Positions 36,501 to 47,984 of a stretch of DNA of 64,000 nt are shown here, in pieces. The stretch is from NCBI RefSeq assembly GCF_963921235.1, contig NC_086106.1:18662001-18726000 (forward strand), in the 5' to 3' direction. The stretch is from Mobula hypostoma (lineage: Eukaryota). How positions within the stretch are numbered: the stretch's first letter is position 1; every line of letters begins with the position of its first letter. The notes below the pieces were generated by a model. The model ran no database searches, was not told where the DNA came from, and worked only from the letters and a program-made list of their open reading frames with translations. Position numbers and translations under genes: made by a program.

Positions 36501-38189
36501 CCCAGATGAGGGTGAAGTGGTTCATTTTGGTAGGTCAAATATGATGGCAGAATATAATATTAATGGTAAGACTCTTGGCAGTGTGGAGGATCTGAGGGAT
36601 CTTGGGGCCCGAGTTCATAGGACACTTAAACAGCTGCGCAGGTTGACTCTGTGGTTAAGAAAGCATACGGTGTATTGGCCTTCATCAATCACGGAATTGA
36701 GTTTAGGAGCCGAGAGGTAATGTTGCAGCTATATAGGACCCTGGTCAGACCCCACTTGGAGTACTGTGCTCAGTTCTGGTCGCCTCACTACAGGAAGGAT
36801 GTGGAAACCATAGAAAGGGTGCAGAGGAGATTTACAAGGATGTTGCCTGGATTGGGGAGCATGCCTAATGAGACAGATTGAGTGAACTCGGCCTTTTCTC
36901 CTTGGAGCGATGGAGGATGAGGGGTAACCTGATAGAGGTGTATAAGATGATGAGAGGCATTGATCGTGTGGATAGTCAGAGGCTTTTTCCCAGGGTTGAA
37001 ATGGCTGCCGCAAGAGGGCACAGGTTTAAGGTGCTTGGGAGTAGGTACAGAGGAGATGCCAGGGGTATTTTTTTTATATAAACGCAGAGAGTGGTGAGTG
37101 CATGGAATGGGCTGCCAGCAACGGTGGTGGAGGCGGATACGATAGGGTCTTTTAAGAAACTTTTGGATAGGTACATGGAGCTTAGAAAAATAGAGGGCTA
37201 TGGGTAACCCTAGTAATTTCTAAGGTCGGGACATGTTCGGCACAACTTTGTGGGCTGAAGGGCCTGTATTGTGCTGTAGGTTTTCTCTGTTTCTATGCTT
37301 CTATATCATGGTCTCCATCAGAAACATTCCGGACCCTGGCACATGGGAGGCAAGCTACCAGCCGTGTTTCTTTCCTATGACCACAGAATCACCTGTCTGA
37401 CCCCTAACTAGAGTCCCCTATCGCTGCTGCCATCCTCTTCCTTTCCTTACCCTTCTGAGCCACAGGGCCAGACTCTGTACCAGAGGCGCGACCACTGCTG
37501 CTTCCCCCAGGTAGGCTGTCCCCCGCAACAGTACTCAAGCAGGAATACTTACTGTTAAGGGGGACAGCCACTGAGGTACTCTCTAGTACCTGCTTTTTGC
37601 CCTTCCCTCTCCTGACTATTACCCACTTCTCTGTCTCCTGTGGTCCCGGGTTGACTACCTGCCTATATCTCCTCTCTATCACCTCCTCACTCTCCCTGAC
37701 CAGATGAAGGTAATCGAGCTGCAGCTCCAGTTCCCTAATGCGGTCTCTAAGGTGCTGCAGCCTGACGCACCTGGTGCAGATGTGGTCGTCTGGGAGGCTG
37801 GGAGTCTCCAGGGCCTCCCACATCAGACACCAAGCACAGAAAACCCGCCTCACACACATACTCTGTCTTTATTTTAAACAGATAGCCTACCTGGCCTCGA
37901 CCCTTTATCACCGAAGCCTCATTGAGCCAAAGCCTTCTTACTCTGTCTCCCACTACTCTGTCCCCCGCACCTCCGATGTCCGCTCTGTAAATCTGTCTTC
38001 CTTTTAAACTCTTCCCGCTGTTCTCACTGGCCGACTTCCACATGCATGCGTAGTCGTGCCCTGCTCAAACCGCTGAAGAAATAACCATCACCTTTCAACT
38101 CTGCTCGATTTTAAAATGTTCCCACTGTTCTCACTGGCCGACCTCCACGCACTTGCGCAGTCGTGCCCCGTTCAAACCACTGAAGAAAT
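33518..38189 (-). mobile_element. CR1 LINE with 5'UTR, ORF1 (zinc finger/leucine zipper, esterase), endonuclease and RT; 3' end cut at the ERV LTR
   Basis: ORF 37404-37859 CAWC..CTRCVRLQHLRDRIRELELQLD; VNIGTNDIG; NARSI; SDHN; DFRKAFD; PQGSVLG. Confidence 0.93.
36032..37302 (+). mobile_element. CR1 3' portion nested in the ORF1 esterase region of the previous CR1
   Basis: FADD and RPHLEYCAQFWSP; TTCTATG tail; host ORF1 resumes at 37303; ATATC on both sides. Confidence 0.9.
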
Positions 38190-38615
38190 GAGGGGAGATT
38201 TGATAAAATCATGAGGATGCAGCTGTGATCAATCCACACAGTCTTTTACCTAAAACTGGGGAATCAAGAACTAGAGGGCTTAAGTTTCAACTGAGAGGAG
38301 AAAGATTTAATAGGAATGTAAAGGATTATTTTAAAACAGAAATAGTGGAAAATATACGAAATATGCTACCAGAGGAAGTGGTTGAGTTAAGTTAATAACA
38401 ACTTTTAAAAGGCACTTGGACAGGTACATGGAGAGGAACATTTTGGAAGGTTATGGGCCAAACACTGAGAAATGGGACTCGTCTGGATTGGCACCTTGGT
38501 CAGCGTAGATGACTTTTGCTAAAGGCCTGTTTCCATGCTGTAGGACTCTATTAATCTACACTAAGGGCAATTTACAGTAAACAATTAACCTACAAACAAG
38601 CATGTCTTTGGGCCA
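38190..38615 (+). mobile_element. CR1 3' end plus V-SINE (HE1-like) fragment, shared among paralogs
   Basis: Same junction TAGGACTCTATTAATCTACAC at 47892-47913 and, in shortened form, on minus at 54680-54697; V-domain-like CAATTAACC...GTCTTTGG. Confidence 0.75.
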
Positions 38616-38619
38616 CATT

Positions 38620-39425
38620 GCAGTGTAACATATCCACCTGAAGAGCTCCTGTGGCCTCAGGACTTCCTGACACAATGGATTCCTCCTGTGCACTTTCACC
38701 AGAACTGTCCAGCAACCCCTGTCTCTCCGTAACACTGACACCCAGTGGCTCAAGGTTGCTATTACAGCAACCAGTTTGATCGAAGCCTCAATAACTTCTC
38801 TCAGAGGTGTTTCTCTGCCCCCCCCCCAGTGGTTACAGGTTGTCACTACAAGGTACCAAATGCTGTGCGTCAAGTTAACTTTAATGCAGACACAAGAGAC
38901 TGCAGATGCTGGAATCCAGAGCAATGCATAATCTGCTGGAGAAACACAGTGATTTCAGCAGCATTGATGGATGGAAAGAAACTGCATCAGGTCAGTACAA
39001 ATTAGCATCAGGTTTACCACAGGCAGAATGTAATCATCACCAAAGCAAAATAAAACCTGCTCAGGTTACATTGCAGAGAAAAAAATACTCTTGAAGACAC
39101 TGGACAGAAAATACCCATGGTGCATCAGTGGTGGAGGGAATGATGTGGAGTGTAGCTGGGCAGACTATATACATCACCAAGTGTGCCAGCTCATGAGATG
39201 CCAATGATCATCTCGACACAATTGTAAAATAGCAAGAACAGCAAAAAAAAAAGCTAAAGCTGAGTCTGATGAAGAACAGTTCAGATCAAATCCATATTGA
39301 AGCTGCTGTCTAAAAGCATGAGATTCCCTGCTGGCTGACTTCATCCAATGGTTTATCATTGAGGTCTATCCATGCACACAAATGAACCACGGTAATCCTC
39401 AGTGAAGAACAGGGGCTCATTCAAA
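38620..39425 (+). mobile_element. Fossil RTE RT C-terminus and 3' end (blocks A and B) with a PLE tail between them (U1)
   Basis: Degenerate LQWLQVV (cf. ISWxDKVTNEEVL) and ITKAK..CSGYI..TLLKTLDG (cf. KLRYFGHI..LEK..LEG). Confidence 0.65.
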
Positions 39426-39589
39426 AGACAGTCTGTTTCACATTGGAAAGTGGGACAGCAGAAACAGTGAGACAGGTAGCATTGTGTGAAGAACAGAAAT
39501 CACAGACAAATTGTATGACATAAAATGATGTGACTAGCAGGTTTTCAAACTTTGACAGCTTTATACAGGGGAAGCTGCAAAGAGGGAGG

Positions 39590-39810
39590 ATGAAGGAGAG
39601 ACAGTCAGACTGGGAATGGAGAGGAAGAATGATGGCGAGAGGAAAGAATGGGCAAGATGGAGAGAGAATGGATCAGATATAGTGAATCTGAAAGAGAAAT
39701 GACAAAGGAGAAGAGAGAGTAATAACAAAGATCGAGAAAGAGATTGACCAAGAGAACAATGGAGATGGAAATGGAAAGAGATAAGGAGAACGAGTGGGAA
39801 AGGGAATGAT
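39590..39810 (+). repeat. GA-rich low-complexity tract
   Basis: Purine-rich GAGA/GGAA run; paralog at 48960-49200. Confidence 0.85.
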
Positions 39811-39934
39811 GTCTGATGGGCAAAGCCACCAGGAGAAAGCTAGGATTGTATAGAATGTCACTGTAGAGCCCTGCACTGTCTGTGAGATACCAACTGGTGA
39901 ATGAATCTCCTGTTGTTTCCCTGTCAGAATTTTC

Positions 39935-40483
39935 TATGTGACATATTCATCTGAAGGTCTTCTGCAATGAATCAGGATTTCCTGGCACAGTGGAATCCTC
40001 CTGTGCACTGTTTCCTCACACTGTCCTGCAGTTCCTCTGTGCCTGACCATTACACTGATACCCAGAAACTGTCAGTTATTATGAGCAGCCAGTTTGACTG
40101 AAATGTCAATAATTGGAGGTGTTCATATGACACCCAGTGATTGCAGGTTATCGCTGCAAGCAACCAAATTCTTTTCACACAATGAGCCTCCGGAAGATCA
40201 TCTGTATTTTCTGGGCAAGAAAGATCTCCAACCATGTCCTTATCCTTCAGTGTCAGCAAAGCTTGGGAACATGATGAGGCCAACTCCATCATGAAGACTT
40301 CATTAGATCCCTGAAGACCAGAGGAAACACAGGAGACCAAAGACAACTTGGCACCATACCATAGACATGGAAATGAGAACCCTGAACCCTGGGGCACAAT
40401 AGAGAAGATGGCCAAGGACAGAGAGAGATGCAAGGCCTTCACTGCTGCCCCAAACGCCAGTGGCATAACAGGCAGTAAGTAAA
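39935..40483 (+). mobile_element. Second block-A copy followed by a younger RTE 3' end
   Basis: Block A motif then GRPKTTW-like RTE end with AGTAAGTAA tail; same arrangement at 49322-49928. Confidence 0.75.
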
Positions 40484-40519
40484 TGGAGCAGGGAACTCAA
40501 ACTAAAATGGACCTGAAAT

Positions 40520-41995
40520 GTAAACTGTCCTTCACACAAGACAGTGGCACTTCTCAGAGTGCAGCAATGTCAAACATACAAAGGCCACTCCCACCACAGG
40601 GTCTTTGCCAAAGGAAGAGAGGGGAACAATCAGAATAAAGGGCAGGCAGACACAGTGAACCAGACTGTGCCTGACCCGACCCTGTTCCTGCCACCATTGG
40701 TTAAAAGGCTTCACGGTCCTCCAATGAAACATGAACCTTCTCAAATTCAGCACTCCCCTCACCTCCTTGAAGCTTACCTTCTCTGAACACACTGCCCTCC
40801 ACTCTCTCCAACCAATCCCAAACTTACCATCAAAGCTGTAGACAAAGGGGGTGCTGTTGTAGTGTGGTGGACTGACCTCTACCTTGCTGAGGCCAGGCAG
40901 CAATTCTCAGACACCTCCTCATACTTACCCCTTGAAGAGGACCCCACTCCAAACCATCAGAAAACTGTCTCCAACAGCATGACTGACCTTCATGACTGAC
41001 CTCATCAATTCTGGAGATCTCCTATCCACTGCCTCCAAACTGATTGCTCCATAACCCCACACTGCTCACTTCCACCTCCCACCCGAGATCCACAAACATG
41101 ACTGTCCGGGCAGGCCTTTTGACTCTGCCTGCTACCACCCCACTGAAATCGTGTCCTCATATCTTTGCTCCGTTCCATCGCCCTGTTTCAGTCCCTTCCC
41201 ACCTCCACCTGCGATACTTCTCATGCTCTCAATCTCCTCACTAACTTTTAATTCTCTGGCCCTGACTACCTCATTTTCCCCATAGATGTTCAGCTCCTAC
41301 ATCTCCCATCAAGAAGGCCTTAAATCTCTCCACTTCTTTCTCAATAAAAGAACCAACCAGTTCCCCTCTATCAGAACCCTCCTCTATCTGGCAGAACTGG
41401 TCCTCACTCTCATCGAATTTTTCTTTGGCACTTCCCAGTTTCTCCATACTCCAGTGGTAGCAATGGGCACCCTCATGGGCCCCAGCTATGCCTGCATCTT
41501 CATTGGCTGTGTAGAATAGTCCATGTTCCAAGCATTCCCATGTGATGCTCCACATCTTCCTCTGCTACATTGACAACTGCATTGGTGCTGCTCATGCACT
41601 CATGCTGAGCTTAACAATTTCATCAAGTTTACCTTTAACTTCCACCCTGCCCTTAAAATCACTTGGTCTATTTCTGACAACTCCCTTCACTTTTTTTGAT
41701 CTCTCTGTCTCCATCTCTGGAGACAAACTGTCAACGAACTTCTCTTATAAACCTATCAATTCCCACAGTTGTCTTAACTATACCTCTTCCCACACTGTCT
41801 CCTGTATAAATGCTATTTCCTTTTCTCATTTCCTTTGTCTCCACCGCATCTGTTCTCAAGATGTGGCTTTCCTTTCCAGGGCATCAGAAATGTGTCCTTC
41901 TTCAAAGAATAGGGTTTCCCTTCCTCCACCATTGATGCTGCCCTCACCTGCATCTCTTCCATTTCCCAAACATCTGAGCGCACCCCATCTTCCCG
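40520..41995 (+). mobile_element. Penelope-like element (RT)
   Basis: IKAVDKGGAVVVW, VAMGTLMGPSYAC and YIDNCIG motifs. Confidence 0.9.
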
Positions 41996-42479
41996 CTGCC
42001 TTACCAGTGATAGACATTAAACCTGATTCGGGTACTGATTTTTCTGGTATGGAAACTGCACTGCAGCAGAAAGGAACATTTACAACAAGTCGTCAAAATT
42101 GCCCAGTGGATCAGCCTAAGCACCATCGAAGAGGCTACACAGCATACATGCCAGGAACACCAGGCTCTTAAACAGTTACTTTCCCAAGCAGTAAATCTGA
42201 TCAACACCTCCACCCACTAACTCCACCACTACTTTATTATTTCCGCTCAGTCTGAATGGAGGAGAATTTGGGGAAATTTGATAAAATCATGAGGACAGAG
42301 CCGTGATGAATTCACTCAGTCTTTTACCAAAGATTAATGAATTGAGAACTAGAGGGCTTAGGTTAGAGGGACAACACCTTATATTCCGTTTCGGTAACCA
42401 CCAAACTGATGGCATGAACATCAATTTCTCAAACTTCCAGTATGCCAGTGACCAGCCCCTCTCCTGCTCAGGAGCCTTT

Positions 42480-42705
42480 GAGCCCATACAAATCAGCTGC
42501 ACAAGACTCCGTCGTTGAGAGGAAACGGAGGAGAGGATTGAGGCTTCCTTTACTGTGGGAAGCGGGTCACCTGCGGGCTGAATGTCCAAAGCTGCAGCCA
42601 TCAGGAGAACTGCTCAGAATGTCCGGTGTCGAGAGGACTGTGATGATAGCAGTCACTATTCCAACCCCAATGATTCTGGTGTCATGCTGAAGGCGCAGAT
42701 CTGTT
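42480..42705 (+). mobile_element. Gypsy gag zinc-knuckle fragment
   Basis: TTTACTGTGGGAAGCGGGTCACCTGCGGGCTGAATGT reads FYCGEAGHLRAEC with one frameshift. Confidence 0.55.
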
Positions 42706-43400
42706 GGGGTAAGAACCTAGAGGGAAAAGAGGATGGGGAATGGTGGAGGGGGGCATTACCAAAAATTCAAGAAATCTGTGCTAACAGGTTGGAGGCTACC
42801 CAGATGGAATATAAGGTGTAACTCCTCTGACATCAGTGTCATACTGTCATGATGAGGCCATGCATTGACATGTCAGAATGGGAAAGGAAAGAGCACCTCC
42901 ACTCTGTCCGCCACCCAGACAGGATCTCCCGGTAGCCACCCACTTCAACTCTGCTTCCCATTCCCATTCAGATATGTCCATACGTGGCCTCCTCTACTGC
43001 CATGATGAGGCTAAACTCAGGTTGGAGGAGCAACACCTCAGATACCGTCTAGGTAGTCTCCAGCCCCTTGGTATGAACATAGAATTCTCCAACTTCCAGT
43101 AATTCCCTCCCTCTATCCCTATTTCATATCACCTCCCTCATAGTTCTGCCTCCTTCTACTATTGTTCTCCTGCCAATCACCTCCCTGCTTCCCCTCCCCC
43201 ACCCATTTGTCTTAAAAATTACTGTTTATTTTCAACTACCAGCATTCTTCAAACCCTCCCCAAAGTTCTTCCTTCAGTCCTGACGAAGGGTTTCAGCCCA
43301 AAACATCGACTAATCTTTTCAACTGATGCTGACTGACCTGCTGAGTTCCTCCAGCGCATTGTGAATATTCCTTTGACAACAGCATCTGCAGATTATTTTG
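42705..43400. mobile_element. Penelope GIY-YIG and tail fragments
   Basis: ORF 42878-43102 PVATHFNS..EAKLRLEEQHLRYRLGSLQP. Confidence 0.85.
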
Positions 43401-44793
43401 TGTGAACATTAAGGGTATTGGAATGATAGGAGGTGGTAGCAGCTGGACAATTGCTTAATCGCTGATAGAATAGGTGGAAGAAAGTCAATTTGCCTCCTAA
43501 ATCTATGGTGGTTGTATTCAAGAGCAAACTACCATTTCTTCCTCTTGTCTCTCTCCTTATTCTGCAGTTTGTCTTCCTTTCAATATTCCATTTCCCTTTT
43601 GAATGTCACAATTGGATCAGCTTCCCCTACCAGGCACACCAGTGATTTCGAGACACAAGCCTATCTCTGCATAAATCATTCTTTCCTGGTGTGACCTTCT
43701 GTCAAACCCACTAATTCTATATCCTCTACATTCACCAATATCCGGGATGCTTGAGGTCTCCCAGAATTCTCACAGTGGGATCCGATTGGGCCACTGGAAA
43801 AAGTCAAAAGCATGTGAATGCTCCTTTTTAATTCTCTTGCCCCAAACAATCTGTAGCCTCCTCTCTTGATTTGATTGGGCCACCAGAAAAATTCAAAAGC
43901 CTGCAAATGCTTTATTATAAATCTCTCACCCTGACCTATGTGTAAACTTTTCTCTCAATTCAATTGGTTGATCAAAAAAACTTCAGTAGAACTCCCACAA
44001 CTCAGATCCCCCTTTACACTGGTGATACAGCAGCGGAAACTGCAAACAGCACATCACACACAACCTCTCATGGTCCACAAAACTCTTGCTACACGGTACA
44101 GATCGCTCACCAATGCTAATTTCTGAGGAGGCTGAAGAGAGCTGGACGTTGCAAATCCACTCCCACATCATTATACAGATGAACAGCAGAGAGTATCCTA
44201 ACAGGATGCATCACTGCTTGACGATGCAAAGCAAATTTCACAACATCTGCCAGTGACATTTAACCTGAGTCTGATTCTGATTTTTCTGGTACGCCAACTG
44301 CACTGCAGCGCAGAGGACGGTTCCACAACAGGTAGTCAAAACTGTCCATTGCATCAGCCTATTCACCATCAAGAAGGCTACACAGCATCCATGCCAGCAA
44401 CACGGGACTCACAACCAGTTACTTTCCCCAAGCAGTAAGGCTGATCAACACCCCCACCCAATAACTCCACCACTACTTTGTTATTTCCTCTCAGTCTCCT
44501 TATATACAACCTTGCATCACCTTATGGAAAATAAATCAATCTATCTATGAATAAAACCTATTTATGTATTTATATTTGTGTTTTTTTATTATTATTGTGT
44601 TCTTTATCTTATTGCATTTTTGTGTTATTGTCCAGAGTAACAAATATTTTGTTCTCATTCATACTTGTGTTCAGGAAATCACATTAAACAATCTTGAATC
44701 TTGGAGCCTTTGTGATTAGAAATACCTTCACAGATGTTCTCTTCACTTCCTCCTTTCCAAACAAAATAATTCCAGCTGCTCCATTGTCTAACC

Positions 44794-45981
44794 CAGGGGT
44801 CCCCAACCTTTTTTGCACTGCGGACCGGTTTAATATTGACAATTTTCTTGCGGACCGGCCAACCCCGGGGGGGGGGGGTAGGGTTGTCAATGGACAGGAG
44901 TAGCAGTCAAATACATTGTGTTTACCCCTAAAAGACTACAATGACCATGAAGCCTTGCGCGAGCACCAGTGCGCATGCGTGTACGTACCGATTTTTTTCT
45001 ACAAATCGTTTTTCGGCGATTCTGTTTGGGGGGTGGGGTGTTAATCACGACTGGAATATAGGTGATAAGTGGCTAATACACTCAATTTCGTTTCTAAGAG
45101 GGTTTATCTAACGAATTTAATATTAAACACACAGCGCATATTTTGCTCGCATGAATATAGTGATAAGTCAATTATCAGGGGAGGACAGGGGAGCTTGAAG
45201 TAAGTGTTGAACGGACTTCCAGTAGAAGTGGTAGAGGCAGGTTCAATATTATAATTTAAAGAAAAATTGGATAGGTATATGGACAGGAAAGGAATGGAGG
45301 GTTATGGGCTGAGTGCAGGTCGGTGGGACTGGGTGAGAGTAAGAGTTCGGCAAGGACTAGAAGGGCAGAGAAGGCCTGTTTCCGTGCTGTAATTGTTATA
45401 TGGTTATAGAAGTCACTTATAAGTTAATAGCATCATAACATTTTAAGTAACGTTTGGATATCAAACACACAGCACATATTTTCCCCGTATGAACATATAA
45501 AATCATTGAAACACACCAATATCGTGAATCAGTGGGAGCCCTGGGCTTGTTTTCCCGCAACAAGATGGTCCCATCGAGGGGTGATGGGAAACAGCGATAC
45601 TCGAAGGGGGTTCCTTATGTCCAGTCTATTCCACAATTTAGTTTTCGTTGCATTTATTGCAGAGATATGTTGGAAATGGAAGCAACGTTTTCAGTGCTTT
45701 CATGGCTATCTCAGGATTTTCAGCCTTGACTTTGATCCAGAAAGCCGGCAGAGATGTTATGTGAAACATACTTTTCAGCCCGCCGTCATTTGCAAGCTCG
45801 AGGAGCTGATCTTTTTCCCACGCTGACATGGATGACGCGTGAGTAATGACCTCGCGTGCGTAATAGCTCAACAGTGGGCATGACAGGGAATGAGGAAAGG
45901 TGCAGCTGACTCATATCGCCAAATCATGTCGTTTCCTCGCGGCTTGGTACTGGTCTGCGGCCCGGTGGTTGGGGACCGCTG
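44794..45981. mobile_element. hAT/Charlie non-autonomous transposon with 8-bp TSD; contains a CR1 tail at about 45160-45410
   Basis: TIRs CAGGGGTCCCCAACC / GGTTGGGGACCGCTG; TSD GTCTAACC/GTCTAACT; minus ORF 45638-45871 FWIKVKAENPEIAMKALKTLLPFPTYLC (hAT dimerization domain); empty site at 28458-28465. Confidence 0.93.
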
Positions 45982-46929
45982 GTCTAACTGATGTCCATTA
46001 TTCCTGGAATCATCAAATATTCTCTTAGGGCGACTCATCACTCCTCTGATGCTGTGTCCTAAATTATAGTTAATATATACATTGGGATAATATAAACAGA
46101 TATAAAACTGATTCTTCTTTCGGCAGAATCAGTTTTACATATATATAGACATCATTGTTTCCTTCCCTTCCTGATTATTTGGGCTGTAAAAGGATTACTA
46201 GCGAATGAGATGATGTCATCAGCAGGTTACCTGTATATTTTGGCTGTTCTTGCTGTGGAGATGGTGTGAATACTATATACTGTATGAGTATAATTCTCAA
46301 TGCCACAGAACTACACACTACAATGACAGAAGCAGAATAAAGAAGAGAACGGTATGAGAACGTGGCAGCACCACCAGGAAGAAGATGTGAAAGAATTGAT
46401 CAGCTCAGGAGACTGATATCAAAGGGAAAAGATGTTCTTCATCTGGTCATTTGGGTTTTCCAGCTTCTTGACATTCTCCAGAAGTTAGCAGACTGAAAAG
46501 GGAATGGTCAGCATGGTATGCATCCTTGACAATACCACAAGTCTTCCTGAGACATTGCACCATGAAGACTGACTGGATGGGAGGAATTAACAAGCCTCTG
46601 ATGGACTGGGCTGCGTTTAGCACTCTCTTCAGGTTCAGACGGTCAAGAGCAGAGCAGTTGCTGTCCAGGAGTGTATTGCAACCTGTCCAAGTGCTTTCTA
46701 TGCAAGTCTATAGAAATTTGAGAGATTCCTGGCAGACATACTAAACCTCAGAGATTTAACAAAAGGAATATGCTAATGATCTTTCTTGATCACAACATCA
46801 GTGTGAAGGGACCTGGTGAGGTTGCTGGTGATATGAGTGCCAAGTTGAAGCTGTTGAATATTTTTACAGCAGCTCCTTTGATGAGTTGGTGCTGTAACTG
46901 GCCACAGAGTTACGGGTCTACAGGGAGTA

Positions 46930-47900
46930 GATCCATGACAAATGGTGTACCTCAGGGGTCAGTGCTGGGTCACTTGCTGTTTGTCATCCACATCAAAGAT
47001 TTGGATGAGAATGTACAAGGCATCATTAGTAAGCTTATAGATGACGTTAAAGTAAGTAGTAAAGTGAACTGTGAAGAAGATGATCAAAACTTACAGGAGT
47101 ATGTTGATTAGCTGAGCAAATAGGCAGAGCTAGGTTTTAATTCAGATAAATGCGAGGTGTTGCATTTTGGAAAGTCAAACTAATGTAGGACATTCAGGGT
47201 AAACGACAGGGCATCGGGTAGTGTTGAGGAACAGAGGGACCTTGGAGTTTAAGCACATGGTTCACTGAGAGTGAGTGTTAGATAGGATAGTGAGGAATGG
47301 TTTTGGCATACTGGTCTTATTTACACAGAATATTCATTCTGAATGTTGGGTGGTCATGGAGCAGTTGTACGAGGCACCGGTGAGGCTGCACTTGCAGTAT
47401 TATGTTCATTTTATTCACCAAGCTGCAAGAAAGATATCATTATACTGGAAAGAATGCAGAAAAGGTTTACAAGGATGCTGCCAGGACTCTAGGGACTGAG
47501 TTATAGGGAGAGGTTGGACAGGCTAAGGCTTTATTCCTTGGAGTGTAGGAAAACGAGGGGAGATTTGATAAAATCACGAGGACACAGCTGTGACAAATCT
47601 TCTCAGTCTTTTACTGAAGATTGTGAATCAAGAACTAGATGGCTTAGGTTTCAACTGAGAGGGGCAAAATTTAATAGAAATGTGAAGGATTTTTTATACA
47701 GAAATGGTGGAAAATATGTGGAATATGCTACCAGAGGAAGTGGTTGAATTAAGTTAATAACAACTTTTATAAGGCACTTGGACAGATACATGGAGAGGAA
47801 CATTTTGGAAGGTTATGGGCCAAATGAGATTCGTCTGGATTGGTATCTTGGTCAGCATTGGCGACTTATGCTAAAGGTATGTTTCCATGCTGTAGGACTC
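46930..47900 (+). mobile_element. CR1 RT 3' part (shared block; paralog 54680-55610 minus)
   Basis: PQGSVLGHLLFVIHIKDLD in ORF 46770-47111. Confidence 0.9.
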
Positions 47901-47984
47901 TATTAATCTACACTCAGGGCTATCTACAGTAGCCAATTAACCCAACAACAAGCATGTCTTTGGTGTGTGGGAGGAAAACCTGTT

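Noticed and set aside
33518-37302. Opposed CR1 halves as a twin-priming inversion
   Set aside because: The overlapping RT parts differ at many positions and the minus element resumes at 37303, so these are two independent nested insertions.
39984-40015. CACAGTG heptamers in block A and PLE tails as possible RSS
   Set aside because: No ACAAAAACC-like nonamer at 12 or 23 nt in the cases checked, and no adjacent V/D/J segment.
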